Below, in pieces: positions 1 to 9,295 of a stretch of 38,239 nt of DNA. This DNA is from Verrucomicrobiota bacterium. GTDB lineage: Bacteria > Verrucomicrobiota > Verrucomicrobiia > Opitutales > Cerasicoccaceae. Where the stretch lies: positions 1-38,239 of the forward strand of contig JBCBUK010000024.1 of the NCBI GenBank assembly GCA_039818205.1, given 5' to 3'. Position numbers and translations under genes: made by a program. Position 1 is the first letter of the stretch; the number at the start of each line of letters is the position of its first letter. The notes below the pieces were generated by a model. It was given only the letters and a program-made list of their open reading frames with translations. It did not search any database and had not been told where the DNA came from.

Positions 1-2001
1 GGTCATAGTGCCATTCCCAGTTAAAGTCACAACGCCGTCGATAAGGAGGGCTCCTAGAGGTCCGGATACTACGGTAATAGCGCCTTCGTTTTGTATGGTT
101 CCTTTTAGGACTGGATTGAGTATGGTAGGGGGATTGAAAGGATCATTCGTTCCTTCTGATGGTGAGTTCAGTGTGACGTCACCGGTGATTTGCACGTTAT
201 TGAGAGTCGCGTCTAATACCGTAATCAAGCCACCGGTTGACGTTGCCAGTGTGCTTTGAGAAACGACAGCATCGGTGCTGATTTCAACTCGGCCGCTATT
301 GACGGCTTCGATGGTGCCGTAGGCGATTTGCCAGGAATCGTTAAAGTCGGCTCCAAGAATTCCCATGAGACTGTTCGCTCCGTCAGACCGAACAATGCCA
401 TTGGTGTTATCCATAATTCCTGTCGTAAGGTAACCCTGTCCTCCGTTGCTCGCTTGAATGGTGCCCGTATTGCGCCAGCCGGATAATCCATAGGATGAAA
501 TGTGCAACGATTGTCCAGGTGCGTTGGCGTCTACCAAACCGCGGTTTTCAAATTCAAATGTGCCGTCGAGTCCAACGGAGCCATGTCCACTGATGGTATG
601 GCTCAGATCATTGATCAGCTTATCGCCGATCGCATTGTTGGCCCCACGAAGGATTCCGGAATTTGTTAAATTGGTGACACCAAACCCGCCGAGGGAGACG
701 TCGCCGTCGATGCCCGTATAGCCTTGGTTGGCTCCGTCGACGATGAAGCTGTTGTCGTTGGTGATGGAGCCTTTGAGCTTAGGGATATAAGTACCAAACT
801 CGTTGTCTTGCCCCTGCAGGGTGGTTTCACCTTGATTGGTTACGCTGTCGAGGGTCGCGGACTCGACGAGTATGGTTCCGCCATCGCCGGTTTCGAGGTA
901 TCCGCCAAAGACCGTTCCGTCGCTGAGCTGGGTGAGGCTATCGGTTCCGTAGGAGGCAATGACTCCACTCGTATTGTCGAGGCCTTGACTTAAGAGGAGG
1001 TAGAGTATTCCTCCATTGTTGGATTGGATGCCGTTGGTGTTGGTTGAGCCAGGTCCGGGTTCGAGGTAAAGGAAGTTACCTGAGATTTCGGGGCGGATGA
1101 TGCCAGCGTTGTGGAGAACCAGAGTCTGGTCTCCCAGATGGCCGCTACCCACAATGGTGTGCCCGCCCTGGTTGCGCAGGATATCCGTAGAGGCGTTGTT
1201 GGCCGAGCGGAAGCGTCCGTTGCTGGTGAACCTAGTGGTTCCGCTGCCGCCAAGGGAGACGTCGCCGTCGATGCCCGTATAGCCTTGGTTGGCTCCGTCG
1301 ACGATGAAGCTGTTGTCGTTGGTGATGGAGCCTTTGAGCTTAGGGATATAAGTACCAAACTCGTTGTCTTGCCCCTGCAGGGTGGTTTCACCTTGATTGG
1401 TTACGCTGTCGAGGGTCGCGGACTCGACGAGTATGGTTCCGCCGTCGCCGGTTTTGAGGTATCCGCCAAAGAGAGTTCCCTCGAAAATCACAGTTTGACT
1501 GCCCACTCCGTAAGAAGCAACACTGCCTGTGCCGTTGTTAATGCCATTGCTTGGGGAAAAGAAGAGCGTGCCACCGCCACTTGATTGGATATCGCCAGAG
1601 TTGGCCGAGCCCGAGTCGGACTTTAGATACAAGGTGTTGCCACTGCTATTGGCGTCAATCAGTCCGCTGTTGGTGAGCATAAATCCATTGTTGCCGAAGC
1701 TTCCGTGTCCGGTAAGCGATTCTCCAGAATCGATGCTCAAGCTGTTCAATTGAATGGTATCGCCAGCCAGCTGCACCGTGACGTCGGTGGTGGTGACGCC
1801 CCCATCGATGAATACGTTAAACTGATCGGTGGGGTCATTGTCAGGAACGACGGCTCCGCTCCAGTTGCCAGCGTCAGACCAATTGCTCGTTCCCGCTCCT
1901 CCGGTCCAGGTTGTGTTAAACACGACCGCGTTTAGTCCAGTAGTCGTCAGACAGAAAATGAAGACCAAAAACTGAGGGATTCTCTTCACGTGAAGTAGCA
2001 T
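1..2001 (-). CDS. Secreted beta-strand-repeat (adhesin/autotransporter-passenger-like) protein, partial (runs off the left edge, >=667 aa)
   Basis: Not in the ORF track because it has no stop in the window. Manual translation from ATG at 2001 is open to base 1: MLLHVKRIPQFLVFIFCLTTTGLNA (signal peptide), then WTGGAGTSNWSDAGNWSGAVVP and G/N/T/S-rich ~187-aa repeats (e.g. NSGLIDAN, NAGIIRP, NTGTIQAS). Confidence 0.85.
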   Translation of the reverse strand, partial: MLLHVKRIPQFLVFIFCLTTTGLNAVVFNTTWTGGAGTSNWSDAGNWSGAVVPDNDPTDQFNVFIDGGVTTTDVTVQLAGDTIQLNSLSIDSGESLTGHGSFGNNGFMLTNSGLIDANSSGNTLYLKSDSGSANSGDIQSSGGGTLFFSPSNGINNGTGSVASYGVGSQTVIFEGTLFGGYLKTGDGGTILVESATLDSVTNQGETTLQGQDNEFGTYIPKLKGSITNDNSFIVDGANQGYTGIDGDVSLGGSGTTRFTSNGRFRSANNASTDILRNQGGHTIVGSGHLGDQTLVLHNAGIIRPEISGNFLYLEPGPGSTNTNGIQSNNGGILYLLLSQGLDNTSGVIASYGTDSLTQLSDGTVFGGYLETGDGGTILVESATLDSVTNQGETTLQGQDNEFGTYIPKLKGSITNDNSFIVDGANQGYTGIDGDVSLGGFGVTNLTNSGILRGANNAIGDKLINDLSHTISGHGSVGLDGTFEFENRGLVDANAPGQSLHISSYGLSGWRNTGTIQASNGGQGYLTTGIMDNTNGIVRSDGANSLMGILGADFNDSWQIAYGTIEAVNSGRVEISTDAVVSQSTLATSTGGLITVLDATLNNVQITGDVTLNSPSEGTNDPFNPPTILNPVLKGTIQNEGAITVVSGPLGALLIDGVVTLTGNGTMT
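692..911. repeat. Intragenic direct repeat, copy A (220 bp)
   Basis: Matches 1253-1472 at 218/220 nt by manual alignment; offset 561 nt = 187 codons. Confidence 0.95.
1253..1472. repeat. Intragenic direct repeat, copy B (220 bp)
   Basis: Matches 692-911 except for one synonymous (GAC/GAT) and one K/E (AAA/GAA) change on the coding strand. Confidence 0.95.
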
Positions 2002-2119
2002 CTACAATTCGTTGATGTTCGCAATCTAAAAATGTATTACGGAATCATGCCCGCTAATACGTTTATCGGCTATCTTCCAGAGACTTTACACCGCAAGTGA
2101 TTGGCGCCTGGATGGTGGT

Positions 2120-2473
2120 ATGTTGGAAACTTTGATCCATATGAATAGTTTGGCGGGCAAGCGGGCGTTGAGCCTGGTGTGCAAGACGGATATTGCTCAT
2201 GCGGGTCATGATGAGTCGATCAACATGGTTTTCAAAGATCTGCGACGCGACCCTCCAAAGCGCGTGCTCCCCAGCCATGGTTGGCGTTCGTTTACAATCG
2301 GACCCTTGCACCCAGACTTCGCCGATATGTATGGGGCCTTGATTGCACGCATTCGTGAAGCGGAGAAGAAAAACCGCAAAACGATAGTCTGCATAGTTAC
2401 TTCTGGCAGTTGCCCTCAGACTTCATTTAACTTAAAGTCCTATTCGAGCCGCATACGTCCGGCATGCTGCTGA
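2120..2473 (+). CDS. Hypothetical protein or gene remnant
   Basis: 117-aa ORF filling the gap between two clear genes; no recognisable motif. Confidence 0.25.
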   Translation: MLETLIHMNSLAGKRALSLVCKTDIAHAGHDESINMVFKDLRRDPPKRVLPSHGWRSFTIGPLHPDFADMYGALIARIREAEKKNRKTIVCIVTSGSCPQTSFNLKSYSSRIRPACC

Positions 2474-2544
2474 GTTTGGTAACCGTCCGCCTTCGAAGAC
2501 GCCAGTATGTGAAACAGCAACTATTTCAACAGAGATCAATACGT

Positions 2545-3657
2545 GTGAACGCTCCTCTAATTGCCCTCATCCTTATCGCTGTCCTATGGTCCACCCTTTC
2601 TGTCGAGGGAAATGGATCAGTGACCCTGAACCGTTCAGATCTCGAGCCTCCCACGGAATCGATTGCTCTCCGGTTCGTATTTGTTGGATGCAACCGTATT
2701 GCATACGATGATCGGACTCATTCCAACGCGTCATTGGCCAATGTGCCGACCTTGAAGCGAATCCTAAACGAAGTCGCTGGGATGGAGCGTGAGCCGGACT
2801 TACTGTTCATGCTCGGCGATCTTATTTTGGGCGAAACGAATACAACGGATCTGAATTCTCAACTTGAGGCTTGGGTTCAGCAATACGAAGACACCAGTTT
2901 CAGCGATATACAAAGCTCAGGAGTGGAGCTTGTCGCCGTTCCCGGAAATCACGAGATGCTTTATTATGACGATGCGAGCGGACAGGAGTACCCACTAGCA
3001 GGAGCGATTGACGTCTGGCTGAAACACATGACTCCTTATTTGCCCAAAGACCGAATTAGTGATCCGTCAGATCCGATTGTTCACGGAGCTACCTTTGCCT
3101 TCACACGAGGAAATGTCGTTTTCGTGATCATGGATACGGATACTTACAACGATAATAAGCTCGAGGGCCAGGTTCCCAGTCAGTGGATCAATCAACAGGT
3201 AGAAAAATACGCCCAAGACGAGCAGATTGAACACATTTTTGTTCTCGGCCATCGTCCTTACTATGTCGATGGAGCCATCAATACCGGACATGGAGGTTTT
3301 CCAGGGGGTCCAACCATCTGGCCGACACTGCAAGCCAATCGAGTTCTGGCTATGCTATGCGCCCACCAACACGTTTATGATCGTCAGCAGCCAGTCACGC
3401 CTGGGGTGAACCAGATTACGGCGGGTCACGGGGGCACCTACAACGATTGCTGCACCCCACAATTCTTCGGCTACTGCGTCATTGATATTCTGACCAATGG
3501 CGATGTGGAACTAACGACTTATGGTTGGAATGTCGGTAAGCCAAGCTATGGCCCTTCTTCCGCTCAAACCACCGTTCGGGATCGCACAACCTTGACTTGG
3601 GAGGCAAATAAAAACCCCTACACACGGCCTGTGTGTATCGCGGTGGATTCGAAATAA
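2545..3657 (+). CDS. Secreted calcineurin-like metallophosphoesterase
   Basis: Motifs LGDL, PGNHE, LGH and AHQH in canonical order; the first motif reads GCNR rather than D-x-H. A hydrophobic signal peptide follows the GTG at 2545 (the ORF track starts at 2464). Confidence 0.8.
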   Translation: MNAPLIALILIAVLWSTLSVEGNGSVTLNRSDLEPPTESIALRFVFVGCNRIAYDDRTHSNASLANVPTLKRILNEVAGMEREPDLLFMLGDLILGETNTTDLNSQLEAWVQQYEDTSFSDIQSSGVELVAVPGNHEMLYYDDASGQEYPLAGAIDVWLKHMTPYLPKDRISDPSDPIVHGATFAFTRGNVVFVIMDTDTYNDNKLEGQVPSQWINQQVEKYAQDEQIEHIFVLGHRPYYVDGAINTGHGGFPGGPTIWPTLQANRVLAMLCAHQHVYDRQQPVTPGVNQITAGHGGTYNDCCTPQFFGYCVIDILTNGDVELTTYGWNVGKPSYGPSSAQTTVRDRTTLTWEANKNPYTRPVCIAVDSK

Positions 3658-3716
3658 TAACCATAGGATTCGCTTAATAGATGAAGCGATCTCACTTGCG
3701 CGGCTCACTGGTCTGA

Positions 3717-3875
3717 CTACGCCCAAGCAAGTTGCTTTCCCTTTTGCACGATTCTACGCCGCAGCTTATTGCCGGCCGAATCGAAATGCTCTTTAGGAAC
3801 CCGGTTTTCTTCGAGGAGGCATTCGATGACATCTTGTTGTTTTCAGTTCATCCAACCGGCAAAGGTTGCCAAGAA
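3717..3875 (-). pseudogene. N-terminal relic of an integrase-core (rve/DDE, IS481/IS3-like) transposase
   Basis: Manual translation FLATFAGWMN*KQQDVIECLLEENRVPKEHFDSAGNKLRRRIVQKGKQLAWA* resembles the recalled N-terminus (LAGWxNRxQQDVIEYLxEENRVL...RRRLAxKGK) of transposases common in PVC bacteria; it has an internal stop. Confidence 0.6.
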
Positions 3876-3974
3876 AAATGAGAGTCGCGTACCTAAGGAA
3901 CGAGATCATAGTCTCTCTTAAAGTGCTGTCAATCAGCATGTTCACCGAATGCGCCCTAAGTTTGAACCTTCCAG

Positions 3975-4013
3975 GAATGCTTTATCCGAAAACGCATGCG
4001 GCAAAAAAGCCAT
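3975..4013 (-). pseudogene. 39-bp relic of the 3' end of a phosphopantetheinyl transferase gene paralogous to 15688-16413
   Basis: 34/39 nt identical to 15717-15755, same orientation; translates GFFAACVFG*SI versus SFWAACVFGKSI. Confidence 0.7.
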
Positions 4014-4106
4014 TGCTTGAACCCCACCTTTAGGCCCGGATTAGATGACTGTATTTGGCCTTATCGCCCGCAAGATAGAGTCAGCTTCGGATGCCCGTGT
4101 GTAAGA

Positions 4107-4757
4107 TCACCTACCAAGCAATGACTCGACGTATTTCTTAAGTCCGAGAAATGCTGAAATACCTTGGTAGCCTTTTTTCGAATAAAGACTGCTGGTTGGG
4201 GCCACTAAGATAACTCTACAACCACTTTCGCTGTAGCTTTCACCGTGGTGATCGCCTGGTCCGAAACGTAGAAAATCGCCAGCTCCGAGCGTCATACCCT
4301 CTGTCTGAAAATCACCCTCCAGAACGTAGAGGTGTTCAAACTCTAAGTGCTTATGTTCAGGAAAAAACGATTGCGGTTCGCAATGGAGCAGAAAGGTGTG
4401 CACGCCCCGTGAGCTCTCCTCGGCTAGTACTTTCAGGCGAACTTTGCCTTGCTTCACCGGGAAATTGATCCAGTCGTCTTCACTGGGGCGAATAACGGTG
4501 ACTCCGGAAGATTTCGGTTGTTGCTCAGCAGCTTCAGTAGAGGGTTCTTTTTCGTCACAGATTGTAAGAATCGAGTCTTTGAGATCAGCTGGTGGGGATT
4601 TTTTAGCAACCTTTGACTCAAACAGACGCTGAATGAGTTCCATCTCCTCGTTGGTGACTTCATCAACCCCCTTAGCCAGCAATTCATGGAGCTCCGCTTC
4701 ACTACCGAGGTCTAACAGTGATTCGATCTTAGGATCATCTGGCTCTTGTTCTTTCAT
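4107..4757 (-). CDS. ChrR-like cupin-domain anti-sigma factor
   Basis: Cupin motifs FPEHKHLEFEHLYVLEGDF and GDFLRFGPGDHH...SESGC, linker PPADLKDSIL; directly downstream of the ECF sigma gene. No HxxxCxxC zinc motif. Confidence 0.8.
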   Translation of the reverse strand: MKEQEPDDPKIESLLDLGSEAELHELLAKGVDEVTNEEMELIQRLFESKVAKKSPPADLKDSILTICDEKEPSTEAAEQQPKSSGVTVIRPSEDDWINFPVKQGKVRLKVLAEESSRGVHTFLLHCEPQSFFPEHKHLEFEHLYVLEGDFQTEGMTLGAGDFLRFGPGDHHGESYSESGCRVILVAPTSSLYSKKGYQGISAFLGLKKYVESLLGR

Positions 4758-4794
4758 TGCGTGGTTCGTTCTAGTGCGAAAACCTCATTCCTAT

Positions 4795-4823
4795 TGACGA
4801 CTATATCCTCCAAGAAGATTCAA
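4795..4823 (-). promoter_or_regulatory. Putative ECF-sigma promoter TTGAATC-N15-GTCGTCA upstream of the anti-sigma gene
   Basis: Both 7-mers and the 15-nt spacer are identical to the motif at 5639-5667; it lies about 40 nt upstream of the ATG at 4757. Confidence 0.65.
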
Positions 4824-4860
4824 CAAACTGTTGCTTAGTGTTAGATCCGTTGGGTAACGC

Positions 4861-5511
4861 TCAAGTAAAACGTTCCTTATAGCGTCTGTCATCAGATTTT
4901 TGGAGTTTCTGTTTAAGAAGCAATAAGCTTCTTCGGATCAGGGTCTTAGCTGTCCCGAGTGGTATTTCGAGTCGATCTGCGATTTCTTGTTGGGATAGCC
5001 CAGAATAAAAAGACAAATAAAGAGCTTTCGCCTGCTTTGGGTCAACTTCGCTCAAAGCCTTTAGCAATTCCTGAGCAAGCTCCTTCTTAGCGAGTAGGTC
5101 TGCCGCTGTAGAATCATTCAGCTTCTCGATACGTTTTTCAATCCAATCCGATTCATAGGTGGTTACCTCGTGGGTGGCTCGACGTTGGATTTTTCGATAA
5201 CGATCGATGGAGGCATTTCGCGTAACAGTGGTTAGCCAGGCTGAAACGCTACGAAGATTAGGTGGTGGGATGATTTTTGAACGCCAGATTTTGGCAAACA
5301 GCTCCTGAAGCACCTCTTTTGCTTCCTCTTCATCGCGTAGAATTGAACAGGCAATAGAGAAGAGGAGAGCGGAGTGCTGATCGTAGAGTTTTGCAAAGCT
5401 ATCTTTGTTACCCGCTTGTGCCGAAAGGTAAAGCGCCAAGCTGGCCGAAGGATCGTCGGATTGATCCGGACCTGGCTTCGATGGGGCGTCTTCATCGGGC
5501 AGCGAGCTCAT
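4861..5511 (-). CDS. ECF-type RNA polymerase sigma-70 factor
   Basis: Region 2 (FAKLYD...EAKEVLQELFAKIW...AWLTTVTRNASIDRYR) and region 4 (LSFYSGLSQQEIADRLEIPLGTAKTLIRRSL). Start taken at ATG 5511; the ORF track extends to 5586. Confidence 0.93.
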   Translation of the reverse strand: MSSLPDEDAPSKPGPDQSDDPSASLALYLSAQAGNKDSFAKLYDQHSALLFSIACSILRDEEEAKEVLQELFAKIWRSKIIPPPNLRSVSAWLTTVTRNASIDRYRKIQRRATHEVTTYESDWIEKRIEKLNDSTAADLLAKKELAQELLKALSEVDPKQAKALYLSFYSGLSQQEIADRLEIPLGTAKTLIRRSLLLLKQKLQKSDDRRYKERFT

Positions 5512-5638
5512 CAGTCTGAAATTTGGGAAGTGCGTTTTCGGACAGCTGCGGAACATGTCCGATTTGTAGCACAAAGAGAAGCACATTCTCAGACTTCGAC
5601 CGAGCTATTCATGAGGTTCGAGTGAATGTCGAAAATTT

Positions 5639-5667
5639 TTGAATCCATTCCTTTAGCAACGTCGTCA
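5639..5667 (+). promoter_or_regulatory. Putative ECF-sigma promoter TTGAATC-N15-GTCGTCA upstream of the PEP-CTERM/TPR/DUF4331 operon
   Basis: Same motif as 4795-4823, about 60 nt upstream of ATG 5726; resembles the GATCC-like -35 / CGT -10 layout of ECF promoters. Confidence 0.65.
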
Positions 5668-5725
5668 GTTAAGCGTCGTCGGTAATGTTTCAGTCGACCT
5701 CCAAGCAAGCAACGAATATAATAAT

Positions 5726-6349
5726 ATGAATTCCATTCAACGTTTCATTCCGTTAACAGCTGCCTTAGTATCAGCATGCTCGGCGCATGCTGTAATTGGA
5801 CTCAGCTTTGCTTCCCCGACGGTAACTCCCGAGGGATCCACTACTCTCGAAGTAGTCTTAAACAATCCTGTCGAAGACGCGACTTCATATAATTTAAACG
5901 CTTTTAGTGTGCAGTTGGCATTCACGCCTGTCATTCCCGCTGGCACCGAATTTTCTTTGGCCAGTTCTAATACCGTCAATCCATATGCATTGGCAGGTAT
6001 CGGAGACTTAACCGGGAACGACTTCTTCATGGTATCGAACGTAGGCTCGGTGATCAACTTCGGTGACGTTGATTTCGACTTCGGAGCGAATATGATTAAT
6101 CCAGGAGATACTCTAGGATTGGGAACCGTTACAATCGATTCGCAACTGAACGCTTTGCCTGGATCGTTCGCAATCACTTTTCAAGAGGGCTCAGGATTGA
6201 CGGAACTGACGGACGATTTTGGTGCTCCGATTTTGTTTAATTCAACGCCGGGCAACATTACTGTCGTACCAGAACCGAAATACGCCGCAATGCTTTTCGG
6301 ACTAGTGGCTCTTTTTGTTGTGCGTCGCAAGCAATCAACAGCCCAGTAA
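5726..6349 (+). CDS. PEP-CTERM sorting-signal protein (beta-sandwich, cohesin-like N-domain)
   Basis: Signal peptide ending SAHA; C-terminus VPEPKYAAMLFGLVALFVVRRKQ (PEP + TM + basic tail). Confidence 0.9.
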   Translation: MNSIQRFIPLTAALVSACSAHAVIGLSFASPTVTPEGSTTLEVVLNNPVEDATSYNLNAFSVQLAFTPVIPAGTEFSLASSNTVNPYALAGIGDLTGNDFFMVSNVGSVINFGDVDFDFGANMINPGDTLGLGTVTIDSQLNALPGSFAITFQEGSGLTELTDDFGAPILFNSTPGNITVVPEPKYAAMLFGLVALFVVRRKQSTAQ

Positions 6350-6379
6350 CACAAACCTTGAACGTAAGTTTGATGAGTT

Positions 6380-7652
6380 ATGAACGCCGCATATCGATTT
6401 CTTTTTATAATATTTTGTATAATAATGAATGTAGAATCTAATCTGGTTTTTGCTCACTCACTCTTTGAGCATGATATGAGTGACGCTCATTTGATCAAAC
6501 CAACGGGCAATTCTGATTTGGATCAGTCTATCCGCACGATGCAGCAGAAGATTGTCGACGAGGGTGAGATCCCGCAATACTTGGAAGCACTAGCATGGAT
6601 GTTTGTTTCGAAATCGAAAGAGACACAGAGCGATGGATGGCTAAACGGCGCACATGCTTGTTCTGATCGCCTGATGACCAAATGGTCGACGTATTCCGGC
6701 AGTTTACTACTGGAGTCTTACTTATTGCTGCAGGAACATCGATTCTCAGAAGCATTGGAGCTGGCGGGTGAACTGTTGAAACGGGACCCAACGGCACAGG
6801 CGCACATGATCTATGGCGATATCGCATTCGATATCGGTCGTTTGGAACTTGCAGCAGATGCTTATCAGCAAGCAATGAATACTAAGCCATCAGCCGAAGC
6901 CTACATGCGCGGTGCGAACCTAAACTGGGTTCTAGGGGAATGGGGGCAAGGGGCGTTTAACCATCCTTTCTCTCAAGTCGATGACCAATAACAGGTCAGC
7001 CTCATATGTTTGGGCGATGACAGGCCTAGCCCAAATCTATTGGAACAATGGTGAGCGTGATCAAGCAGCAGCAACCTTGACCACTGTCCTAGAGGCTCAG
7101 CCAGATTACGCACCAGCACTCTATCTGACTGGGCGCATTGCAATAGCGGAGAAGGATCGTGAAACAGCGGAAAGATGCTTCCGTGCGGCGTGTGAAGTCG
7201 ATCCACGGGCCGACTACCTATGGGCCTTACTTGAGGTGGTCGAGGAAACTCAGCGTTCAGATATCGAGGATCTTTTTGTTGCGCTCGGAGCATCTCATGA
7301 TACACGGGCTCTCTCGCTTCACTACGCGACGCTTGGTAAAGGAAACGAGGAAGCAGTCGCGTTGGCAATGGATGAATATGAGCGCCGGCAGGATGTCTTT
7401 ACTTGTGACACCGTTGCTTGGGCGCTGGCAAATAACGGACAGTTGAAAGAGGCGCAGCGCTATATGCATGAGGCCCTTGCAGTGGGATATCGAGATGCTC
7501 GTATCTACCTTCATGCTGCGTGGATCAGCCACGCAAACGGAGACCTCCAACAAGCAAAAAAACATCTTGAGCGAGCAAAGAAGCTGGAGTGGCAGCTCCT
7601 ACCCAGTGAAGCCCGTAGATTGGCTGAAATTTCCGATAAACTGGCTGTTTAA
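6380..7652 (+). pseudogene. TPR-repeat protein split by a +1 frameshift (ORFs 6380-6991 and 6981-7652)
   Basis: Both parts carry TPR-like helices (GRLELAADAYQQAM; ALANNGQLKEAQRYMHEAL). The second frame is +1 and open from 6936, so the shift lies in 6936-6991, which contains G4/G5/T3 runs. A sequencing error is possible. Confidence 0.75.
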
Positions 7653-7713
7653 GTGTGCTCTTCGACCAGGCTCTCCAGCCAGAATTCTTCAACCATAATC
7701 CTACCTAAATTAT

Positions 7714-9264
7714 ATGAAATATAGTTATATTAAAATTGTTGCTAGCATTGCTATGTCAGTGAGCGCATACGCTTCCAGTCATATGGATGCACCCCTGATA
7801 ACATTCGATGATCCCGCGAATACAACGGATGTCTATGCTTTCAAAACAGAGCGTGGTTCAACGCCGTATTTGACTACGGCATTGTCGGTTTATCCGTTCG
7901 AGCAACCCGGAATCGGCCCAAATAAATACACCTTTGACGATGATGTGCTATACCAGATCCATGTCTCGCTGGGGGACGATATTCAGAACGGTGACCCAAC
8001 CATTAGCTACGAGTTCGAGTTTTCGACCTTCTTTGCGAACTTAGGTACCATTCTCCAGGTATACCTCGGTCCGATTGATGCTGATTTCGTCAACGATCCC
8101 GATTTGAACCTACTGCAAAGCTACACCGTAACCAAGGTCGATCATCGCGACAATTCGCGTACCTTTCTTGGCTCCGGGCACGTAGCACCAAACAACCAAG
8201 GGATTGCGACTCCACTTTATAACCAAAACGATGATGGTAACATGCCTGCCAAGGATGGTGTCGATAGCGAAGCCAACTTGGATCCCTACACGGCAAATTC
8301 GATTGAGGCTTTGTCGGGTAGCTACCGTTCCTTCGCTGGACAGCGTGAAGACGGTTTCTTTGCTGATATTCAAGCGGTGTTCGATCTTCTGAGTTTGCGC
8401 TCAGGCGGTGTTGCCAATGCCTACGACAGCCAATCCGGCTTCAATGTCCATACCATCGCCTTGGAGATTCCAATCACCGATCTACGGCAGGATCCAACTG
8501 ACTTGAGCGAGGATCCAGAGATGCAGCTTGTCGGGGTGTTTGCTACTACAAGTCGCCGTGCAGTTCGCATCCTCTCCGATGGTCCGGCCTCTCCCGCGCC
8601 GCGTAATGTACGCAGCTGGGTACAAGTCGGTCGCCAGGGAAATCCGTTGTTCTGCGAGGCACTGGTTGGTATTGCCGATAAGGATCTATACAATCGCACA
8701 AGCCCGGCCGATGACGCATCATTGTTTGCATCTTACGCTTTGGATCCCGAACTTGTCACTTTGATTGATATATTGGTATTTGGAGACCTTCCCGGTGGTG
8801 CGGACTCTGGTGTGCCAGACAACCGTCTCACGGGACGTATCGATATCGCTGGTATTTTTATTCCCGATGTAATCAAGGTTGATCTGTCTACCGGCCCGGC
8901 CCGTTTAGCGGGAGGTAGCAATGATGACGTTGGCTACTCCAATCTTGGCGTATTCGGAGGCGATACCTTGACCAGCCAAGTACAACCAGGATTCGATCTC
9001 GGTGGCGGCACCAACGGAACGATCTCTGGCGGTTGGCCAAACGGTCGTCGATTTGGTGATGATGTCATTGACATTGCGGTTGCAGCATTGGTGAATGATC
9101 TACGCACCGCCCCGGTAACACTCGACCTGCTTGGTGTGGTAACGGCTGGCAACGGAATCGATAACGTGAATGCCAACGACGCCGTCTACAATAAAGTATT
9201 CCCCTACGCGGCTACACCACACAACGGACGTAATTTCGAGGCGAACCCCAACCTCGTTCGGTAA
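7714..9264 (+). CDS. Secreted DUF4331-family protein
   Basis: Signal peptide then SSHMDAPLITFDDPANTTDVYAF; FAGQREDGFFAD; GFNVHTIALEIP; WVQVGRQGNP; GWPNGRRFGDDVIDI; FPYAATP. Confidence 0.88.
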   Translation: MKYSYIKIVASIAMSVSAYASSHMDAPLITFDDPANTTDVYAFKTERGSTPYLTTALSVYPFEQPGIGPNKYTFDDDVLYQIHVSLGDDIQNGDPTISYEFEFSTFFANLGTILQVYLGPIDADFVNDPDLNLLQSYTVTKVDHRDNSRTFLGSGHVAPNNQGIATPLYNQNDDGNMPAKDGVDSEANLDPYTANSIEALSGSYRSFAGQREDGFFADIQAVFDLLSLRSGGVANAYDSQSGFNVHTIALEIPITDLRQDPTDLSEDPEMQLVGVFATTSRRAVRILSDGPASPAPRNVRSWVQVGRQGNPLFCEALVGIADKDLYNRTSPADDASLFASYALDPELVTLIDILVFGDLPGGADSGVPDNRLTGRIDIAGIFIPDVIKVDLSTGPARLAGGSNDDVGYSNLGVFGGDTLTSQVQPGFDLGGGTNGTISGGWPNGRRFGDDVIDIAVAALVNDLRTAPVTLDLLGVVTAGNGIDNVNANDAVYNKVFPYAATPHNGRNFEANPNLVR

Positions 9265-9295
9265 GCCAATTTAGTTTCACAAGGCAATTATCGCG

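Noticed and set aside
692..1472. Diversity-generating retroelement TR/VR pair
   Set aside because: Both copies are in frame within one gene, there are only two mismatches and they are not both at adenines of one copy, and no reverse transcriptase is present in the window.
8..1935. Many short plus-strand ORFs
   Set aside because: They are antisense shadows of the long minus-strand gene 1-2001; the same applies to short ORFs nested in the other large genes.
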